Shown piece after piece: positions 55,494 to 64,000 of a stretch of DNA of 64,000 nt (position 1 is the first letter of the stretch; each line of letters opens with the position of its first letter). Both the position numbers and the translations under genes were made by a program. The DNA is from Histomonas meleagridis 2922-C6/04-290x (taxonomy: Eukaryota; Protista; Parabasalia). The notes below the pieces were generated by a model. The model made no database searches. It was not told the DNA's origin and was given only the letters and a program-made list of their open reading frames with translations. The DNA is taken from positions 330,766-394,765 of the forward strand of contig JAANOX010000042.1 of NCBI GenBank assembly GCA_020184695.1. The letters are read 5' to 3'.

Positions 55494-57341
55494 TTATTCC
55501 TTAATATATTGGAAAATTTCATATTTCCCATTCTTAAAAACAGATTTAAACAAATTACATTGTCTTAATTTCGATATCCAACTTTCATCGACAGACAAAA
55601 TGACATAATCGAACTCAATGTTTTCCTTATTTTGTGGATCTTGCATGAATTTGTTGTATTTATTGTTTTGAATCGAAAAGTCGAAATTGAAATCTTGAAG
55701 AGTATCATCATAAGTATTATAAGACATTCTTCCAGCTCTAACAACAGCTGGATTCCACCAATTCCCAGATGAAGCGAAAATACTTTTACGTTTTGTATTT
55801 TCTATTATCCATTTTGATACATGATTTTGTTCTTCGCCAAACACTGTAATTGTTTGATTTAACTTATTATATAATCCAGCGAGTGATGAAAGCCACATTC
55901 CAATGAAAAGAAACACCGAAATCGAAACAAAAGCTCCTTTAATTTCAGGATTTTTCCAAAGATTTATTAACCAATTAATTGAATCGCATATCAAAACGAT
56001 CAAAAGTGGATAAAGAACGGTTTGCACGGTGAAAAAGTTAAACCTTTGAATTTTGTTTAACGATACGTTTCCGATCAAATAAAATAAACCAAAGAAAATA
56101 ATGAGTTTTCTTTTGTTTTGTGTTCTAAATGAGAAAATCAAAGCAATAAAGCCAAAGCCAAATATTGATAATAAGTAATGGATAAATGGTATAAATGTTT
56201 CAGTACTTTTCCATATTGGTGAATCAAACATAAATGCAATCACAGGTAACAAAAAGAAACTTAAAATAACAAAAGGAATTAAAAAGAATTTAAGTTTCTC
56301 TTTAAGAAATGTGTTTTTATATGTGAAGAAAATTAAAAATAAAAGAAATCCACTTTGTGGCCGAACAAACATTTGAATGACACAAATAATTCCTGCAATA
56401 AAAATTATGTCTGACTCAAGAAATATAAGAACTGAGAGCGTTAAAGCAAGTGATGTTAAATTAACTCTTGATGTCAAAAATGTATGTAATAAGGGGTGCC
56501 CCCAATAAACGGTCTCTGATGAGCCATAGAGAAATATAAAATCAGTAAATCCATTGCCACGATCTTTGTTATTAGTGAAGTTCACGAACCCAAAGCCACC
56601 AAGAAGGAATAGTGTTGGAACTGACATTAATGATATATATTGATTTTTGATTATTCGATGAACAAATGAAAACATTAAAAGTGTGATGGAAGAAAACAAT
56701 AGAATTGTAACAGATAAAATAGATAAACGAAGTGTAAACCCTCCAACTCGAAGAAGTGAACAATAAAAGGCTGGAATTATTTCAATGGTTGTTTTTTTGT
56801 TTGGTGTAAGTGGAATTCGTATGAACGTGATTAAACTTGATTTTTTGTTGCATCCATTTACAAATGAAGCTATGAGAGAAACTTCAAGCATCATGTCATT
56901 TTTGGATGTGGAAATTAAGGTATCTTTTGTTGGGAATATTGACTTATATGATAAATATGAAAAGAATAGCATTATGAAGAAAATGCCAAGATATGAAAGA
57001 AATGAAATTTGTGGATTAGCTGGATATTTGTTTTTGTTTCGAAGCCGAAGATAAAATGTAATAATGAAAGAAACAACAATTTGAACTAAGAAATGAAAAG
57101 CATTGCATCCAATAAATGTATTTATGGTAAGACCAAAAATTGATGTAATAACAAAACCAATTGGAAAAGCAAGTCCAATTGATTCAATAAGATTAACTCT
57201 ATATCTTGAAAAATATATTACAGATTCGAAACCCATGCTACAAGATCCAAAAATGAGAATGCATGGAATTAATTTCCAAATTAGATCCATCAAAGAACAA
57301 AAAATATGAATAAACGTTTTCGATTGAATATTATGAGGCAT
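55494..57341 (-). CDS. polytopic membrane protein (GT-C-like architecture, tentative)
   Basis: About 12 hydrophobic segments with a large first loop and a soluble C-terminus (WIIENT..WNPAVVRAGR). The start may be 57290. Confidence 0.7.
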   Translation of the reverse strand: MPHNIQSKTFIHIFCSLMDLIWKLIPCILIFGSCSMGFESVIYFSRYRVNLIESIGLAFPIGFVITSIFGLTINTFIGCNAFHFLVQIVVSFIITFYLRLRNKNKYPANPQISFLSYLGIFFIMLFFSYLSYKSIFPTKDTLISTSKNDMMLEVSLIASFVNGCNKKSSLITFIRIPLTPNKKTTIEIIPAFYCSLLRVGGFTLRLSILSVTILLFSSITLLMFSFVHRIIKNQYISLMSVPTLFLLGGFGFVNFTNNKDRGNGFTDFIFLYGSSETVYWGHPLLHTFLTSRVNLTSLALTLSVLIFLESDIIFIAGIICVIQMFVRPQSGFLLFLIFFTYKNTFLKEKLKFFLIPFVILSFFLLPVIAFMFDSPIWKSTETFIPFIHYLLSIFGFGFIALIFSFRTQNKRKLIIFFGLFYLIGNVSLNKIQRFNFFTVQTVLYPLLIVLICDSINWLINLWKNPEIKGAFVSISVFLFIGMWLSSLAGLYNKLNQTITVFGEEQNHVSKWIIENTKRKSIFASSGNWWNPAVVRAGRMSYNTYDDTLQDFNFDFSIQNNKYNKFMQDPQNKENIEFDYVILSVDESWISKLRQCNLFKSVFKNGKYEIFQYIKE

Positions 57342-57841
57342 CCCAATTTAAGTGAAACCGATAGAGGAAATTGAATGCTTCAAATGCAAAATGATAAAAA
57401 GTGACAACAAGCTAAAGACATCAACATACACTTTCCTTAGTGGAAAGTGTGTCATATTGCAGAGTTATCATCGTAAATTGGTATAATATTTGAATAAGCA
57501 TAATCCACTCAGCATTGATAAAAACATTATAACCAAAAAAAAAAAAAAAAAATAATTAAATAAAGTAATTTATCAATAAGGATTAACATTCAAAAAAAAA
57601 TTAAAAATATAAAAAGAGTGTGTTTGAGTTTTTAATCAATAATGGTTTTTTATTGCTCTTTTTGATCCGTTAATCCTTTAATGAATATATAATTAATTCT
57701 TTGTTTGACTTGAAATTAAATAGAAATATCAGTCTTTGTTAAGAGCATATGTTTACAAACAATAAGCTTTTGAGCAGAAATACATCATATTGATCGTTCT
57801 CATATTTCTTGATTGCAAAAAATGAAAATTAGAAAAAAGTA

Positions 57842-60800
57842 GAAAAAATCTCCTCCCGTGTGGTTTATTCATTCATTGATGTTATTAATAGTAAGTAAAG
57901 AAAGAAATAGTTAAATCTATGCTAGCATAATTCCGATGAATCGTCGGTAAAGGAAGCGGAGTCTGATTGTAAATCATTAGCGTTAACGTTCACCTCGTAA
58001 TCATCGTTCACCTCAGTAATTTCTGAAGTAACGATATCCTCATTCGAGTGACTTGATATAGAGTCCGATTCATCGTATTCCGTGCTTTCTTGAGAATTAA
58101 TAGTATTATCAACCACATCAGTGTTTTCGTTAGCAGCGTTAGGGTTAATGTTTTCATTATTATTATTGTTATTAAACAATAAGTCTTTAGGCTCTCTTAA
58201 TACCGCTAAAACAATCCTTTTAGCGTATTCCTGAAAGTTGTATTTAGAACCAGCCAGTGATTTTAATGAATCTAACGATTTCTTTTGCCATGCTCCTAAT
58301 GAAGAGATGACGATTACATGAAGTTTGACTTCTCTTCCTGTTTGGTTCTTTATTTCTTCACATAAGTTTTTATATTTATCTAATTTATCCTTATATCTGG
58401 TATCTAAGGAGTTTTCATCATTTTCATTGACATCTCCATAAGGGATTGTTACTTCAATAATAACATACTCGTTATTGTTATCGATATATCAAATGTTTGG
58501 TCTTAGATTTCTAATTTCACCTTGTAAGGTGCCCCCCCTGGATGTTTTTAACAGTATTATCAAGGTTTATTATTGGCTCTTGACTTCTTTTAGCTTTAAT
58601 CATGTTAACTATATTTCCCTAACCACCGCGTCATGTCTTTTCTTAAATCGGTGAATAATGACTTTACAGTCATTAATTTAATGTCTAAGTGAGTCAGGTT
58701 GATTACATAATGGGCATAAACCTTGTATGTTATTATTGGCTAATCTTTTATGTTGATTAGTGAAGAAACTGTTAGTCCTAGCTTCAATAGTGAATTCAAC
58801 TAAATTATTCTCTATTTTGCTAGAATATTGATTTAAGAAATAATTGGAGATTTTATTGTTTTTGAGAGTTTCGAATGTATGACCTCTTAACAAGAGTTTA
58901 ATTAATTCATTGATATGGAATTCATTATGGTCGGGATCGTTGATCATTTTTAAGAAATCAGATTGATTAAAGACTAATTTTGATTCAATGTCTTCATTAG
59001 ATAATGTAATTTCTTCTAAGTTATTATTTGTAATTGGAAATTGATTGTCTAAATCATCATCTGAATTTAAATTATAAAATATAGTATTATCTTCATCATC
59101 TCTCGAGTTAATTTCTGCTTCATTAAACAAATGTAGCCTACATCTTCTAGTGCTTTATCAATTTTATATTTAGTATTTGTCATTTTCGTCGATTTTAATA
59201 AAAAGGGAGTTATTCCTAAATAAGGTAAACTACTAATTGATTTCACTCTTGGTATTGGTATATTATTAATTTTAAAGTTTGTGATTGCTGAAGTTCTTCC
59301 ATCGTAATTGTTAATGTAATTATAAGTTATACACTTGTTTGTTTGAATCTTCATTTTGACATGATCACAAAATCTTTCTACGATTTTAATTAGATTTTCC
59401 ATACCTTTTTCGGTATCTGATAAAAGGATAAGATCATCAGCATAAGCTTGAGCGCATATTACATTATCTTTATAATGGAAACCATCTATAATATTTTTAT
59501 CTAATAATTTTAGTAAAAATTCTAAACAAATGTTAAATGCTATTGGAGAAAATAAACAACCTTGCTTTACTCCACAATTTATTGGGATTTCTACTGAAGT
59601 GCCTTTAGTAGGTATATGAATTTTAGTATTAGAGTTATAATAAGTAGCTCTGATTAGATTAATAACATCATTATTGAATCCTAATTGTTTTAGTGTTTCA
59701 AAAATCTGATTATGTGGAATAGATCCGAAAGCATCTGAGAAATCGATAGAAGTAATATAAATTGCCCCCTTTTTTCTGACTACGTTTTGTATTGACTCGT
59801 TTATAATTACAGCATGTTCAGACGTGCCATTTGGGGTTTGCATAAAATTTTTTTGACATCTAGAAATAAAAGGTTTTATTGTGTTTAATTTCTGGAAGGA
59901 TCTAGATAAAGTTACCATCCACATTATGTAAAATGTAGGTGCAATAGTAATTGGTCTCCAAGAATGTGGTTCATTAGTGTTGCCTCCTCTACATAACATA
60001 ATGGCGTCACCAATTTCTAATAATTCAGGGCATTTTCTGATTTTGATTGTTATTTGCGTAGTAATCTTAATTAATTTAACAGTTGTTTCAGCTCCTAGTT
60101 TCCATATATAATTCGATATCCCATCCGGGCCATGAGCTGATATATTTGATCTATAGTATATTGCACTTTTGATATTATCATCATTTGATAATTCATTATT
60201 AATTAAGTAATGATTATCTTCTTCGTTTAAAATTTTAATCATGTCAAATTCTTTTGTGTTGCTACTTGTTTTATTTTCCATCCAATTCTTACCATATTCA
60301 TTTAAGAATTGTTCTGGGTCTATCTTACACTTGGGGGTAGAATTATTTAAAATATACCAACGGAGACATCTCCGAGGATCTTCTGCATAAAGTCCTTGTA
60401 TTAGGTCTCTATAATTTGGATTCTTAGTAGAACGTCAGTTTTTGAAATTCTATAATTTCACTATTCATAAAATCAATCTTATCATTTATATAATCTGCTG
60501 TATTATTCAATAAATTTAATATGTCTTGATGATTATTAATCCCTAGAATGTCATTAATATCCTCCGGGATAGAAGGAATAATTTTAATGCAATTATTTAG
60601 TAATTTGTTGATCATATCATGATTAGTTTGTGATTGAGGTTTATCTTTCAATTCTTGAATTCTTTTAATTAGAGTCATTGATTTACATAATTAATGAGTT
60701 TCATCTTCTGCTTCCTTGATTAATTCTAATTGTTGATTCCCTCTAATTACTGTATTTTGTCTTTGTAACATTTTATTTAAAGGAATCTTCAAAGTGTTTC

Positions 60801-63800
60801 TAATATTTTCTCTAATAATAAAATTGATTATAGATAAACATCCTTCCCATATGTGAAAGTTTTCTTCATCATCTATATTTTCTAGTAGTTTACAAATATT
60901 GATAAATGGGTCGATTAAATCCTTAAATAATTTGATAATATTCTTTTTTAATCTAAATTTATTCTTACCCCAAGTTTTGGGGATAGATATGAATTGATTT
61001 GTCTGTAATTTATTCTCTTCCGTCCAATATCTACATATTTCTTATAATTGATTTCTGAAAAGGTGTTTTAATATATTTAAATCAAATGTTACTTTTAAAT
61101 TATTATATATTTCAGGTTGTAATCTTGTTTCTATATCATTTTGTGTAGGCCTATCTTGAGTCTGGGGAGGACGTGTGTTTTCATCATTTAAGTTTTTTCT
61201 TAATTGTTGTAATTGTAGATCCCTTCTTAAGTTGAATCTATCTCTTTCTTCCCTTTCTTGTCTTTTTCTAATAGCTTATAAATTATCATTATTGACAATT
61301 AAAAGAGTGTCATTTAGACCTAATTTTTCTTTCAGAGTAATATTTTTAACATTGATAATTAAATCTTTATAATCTTTAATATCTTGTTTCATTTTACTTA
61401 ATTCTTCTTCATTCAAATCTAAATGTGAAACTGAAAATACTTTGATCCTATCATATTTCATTTTAGTTCCTTCTCTATTAAGTAATCCATGTTGATTTTT
61501 AATATGAATCCCTAAACCTTTAATATCTGAAGTCCATACTGTATCACAAGATTCGCAAATATAACCTTGTCTTAGGTTCAAAATATTCAAACTTGAAGGT
61601 ATTTTGTTAAATCTTGTAGTATATTCGATTATAACTGACCAAAACCATCCAATAGTATTTTTATCACCATCGAATTTAGGATGACAATGTGTTATATGTG
61701 ATGATAAAGATTTACTATTATGTGTAAAATATTTACAATGAGGATAAGGACAATAATTGATATTTTTCCTATAAACTTCTTTGTTATTATTATCATATAA
61801 TAGCTGCAAATTAATTCTTTATTAGTTAATGATCCAATACAGCCAACAAAATGATTATGATCCGGCTTTTTACCATGTTTGTTTTTCATGTGCATTAATA
61901 ATTTATTACCTGTTTTAGAGGATTCTCTACATTCACATTGACAAGGGAATGGTCCAGGGGGGCACCATTTATTTTCCGTGATCATTATATGAACTAAAGG
62001 GTGTTTAAAAATATTTAAATCAGGATGTTTCCGATAATCTTCGTTTTGTTTAGTTTCCCATTTTAAGATTGAATTATTAATGTTCTCACATGTCTTACAA
62101 TTTTTAATATCTGTTATTAAATCATTATCTAGATCTTCATCTTTTAATTCATCATTATTTTCTTCTTCGTCTTTATTGTTATCATCATCATTATTATGTT
62201 TTAAATTTTCTACTAGCTCAATAGTATCTGTAGAATCTTCTTCAGAACTATTAGAGTTAATATCTCTATCCTTTTGATTAGCTTGAAAATCATAAATAGA
62301 ATATTGTCTACCAGGTTTTAATGTTCTAATGGCATTAAAAGCGAATTTTGGTAATTCAATATCAACATTAATAATCTTCTTACGTTCATTAATTTGAAAT
62401 TCAAGGTCTGGGACCTTAACTGTTGTAGTAATCGTGTCATGTTTAACATTAACATCATGACCTATTACATTAACATTTGAAGTTAATGTTTCTTTATTAA
62501 TATCAATGTAATGTTTTACTATATTTGCTTCTAAAACCAATTTTTTTTATTAACAATAATCTCATTATTTTTAACTATAGCTTCTGGAGTAATATTTTCT
62601 TGAACAACATTAACACTGTGATTCTCTAATTGAACATCTGAAATAATATCATTTCTATTAATATTAATATTATGACCTATTACTGTTACATTCGAATTAA
62701 TATCATGTTTATTTATGTTAGTTTTATGACCTATGACATCAACCTTAGTAATTAAATCTTTTTTATTAATGTTAATTCTATGATTTTTTGTTTCAACATA
62801 TGTAATTAAATATTTCTTATTAACATTAATTAAATGATTTTCAACATTGGCTTTTGAGATAAGATCTTCATTATTAACATTGATTAAATGATTTTCAACA
62901 TTTGCTTCTGAAATAAGATCTTCATTATTAACATTAATTAAATGATTTTCAACATCAACTTCTGAAGTAATATTATTAATAATCGGATTAACTGAATGAT
63001 TTTCAACTAAAGCATCTGTAGTCATTGTTTCTTTATCGACATCAATTAAATGATTCATAACCTTTGTCTGAGAAATAATCTTCTTATCCTTAACGTCTAT
63101 AAAGTTACTCATAACTGTAGCTTCATTAGTAATATTAGTATTATTAACTGGAGGACCTTGAGTGATCGCGTTAACTATTTCTGGTTCATGATTTCCATGA
63201 TTAAATAAATTAATTTGTTGTTGTTGTAAGAAATTAAAAGTAGAATTAAGAGTAGAAGTGTTATATTGTTGATTTATATTGGAAGTTTGATTAAATGTTT
63301 GATTCCTTAGATCTACTTTAACTTTAATATAATAATTAACTATATTAGTGATTTCCTTAGCAATGAATCTTATTCTTGGATAATCTTCACATAATCTATA
63401 AGGTCGTTCACGTAATTCAGGAATGTTAATAAAATTATATAAGTTAAGTTTTCTCCTAAGAATTTCTTTCTGGAGTTGTAGGAAATGGTGTAATATCTCG
63501 ATTAAATTGTAGTTGACCGTGGAATAAACGTATTTGTCCTCTTACTGCTGAAATAAACCTGTTTTGTGGATCAATATAATTGGAAGGTGTGGAATAATTC
63601 TGCGATCAGATGAAATGATCGCTACTTCTGAAGGTTGAGTTCTATCAGTTTCTGTCTCAGTATATGGTGAATAATGAATATCTCGTACTAATAGGATCTC
63701 TTGTTGTAAGGGTTGAGTCGCATCAAATCTGATTTCGAAAAAATTTTCATCACGATTTCCGATTTCTGGGTCTTCTTCTTCACTCTCTGGGGGAGGGCTT

Positions 63801-64000
63801 TCAATGTAACGTGGTCGTTCTATGTCGAAGGGATCATCATCAATCTTGAAATTATCTGATGATGCAATTTTCGATTCCGAAAAAACTATATCATTCGAGT
63901 GCCCTTGGGGAGCTGAATCCGAATATTGGAGTCTCCGCTGCAAAAAACCAATATCCATAAAAAATCGAAAAAATCTCCTCCCGTGTGGTTTATTTATTGA
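57842..64000 (-). mobile_element. degenerate RLE-type (R2/NeSL/R4-like) non-LTR retrotransposon, ~6.1 kb, bounded by a direct repeat
   Basis: One broken ORF from 63958 to ~57922. Order: acidic N-terminus, 18-aa repeats, three C2H2-like fingers (~61970-61490), RT (60281-59067), CxxC..H..C knuckle (~58720-58660), RHDAVV, and REL motifs (RPNI, EVTIPY, KLDKY, VIVISSLG). A 28-bp identical repeat lies at 57842-57869 and 63967-63994. Confidence 0.9.
59067..60281 (-). pseudogene. non-LTR reverse transcriptase domain (eroded)
   Basis: HGPDGI, SWRPITI, IDFSDAFGSIPH, GVKQGCLFSP, AYADDL and YLGI motifs. Frameshifts at both ends. Confidence 0.92.

Noticed and set aside
57428-57450. 9-bp hairpin ACACTTTCC/GGAAAGTGT
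   Set aside because: Single short stem; bacterial terminator logic does not apply and there is no other support.

Overview
AT-rich eukaryotic DNA, most likely from a parabasalid (Trichomonas/Tritrichomonas-like). The assignment rests on gene content (BspA-like LRR protein, DUF3447-type ankyrin gene, mariner element) and short intergenic distances. About 27 apparently intronless, uninterrupted ORFs include CCT7, CCT1, RPC2, COG6, TEL2, AP sigma, CK2 alpha, a CAMK kinase, Rab, TBC, USP, RluA, PPase, BTB and an Sfi1-like gene. Accessory elements are a decayed DD34D mariner inserted in a BspA gene, a ~2.8 kb 41-bp satellite, a MITE-like element and a degenerate ~6.1 kb RLE-type non-LTR retrotransposon bounded by a direct repeat. 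The standout is an ankyrin gene at 17928-14885 (minus strand). Each of its ten repeat junctions carries an AT-rich insert with no usable GT-AG boundaries. The inserts break the frame or contain stops, while all ankyrin blocks and the C-terminal stop are intact. Nine of ten inserts have length 12+17k nt, and a Gly/Asn triplet sits exactly 17 nt before the last triplet in all ten. This suggests an undescribed non-canonical splicing or recoding system, which is inference until RNA data are examined. Orphan, decaying copies of the same module occur at 22.7, 23.1 and 36 kb; one is flanked by a 22-bp direct repeat. All coordinates and counts were read by hand; no searches were run.
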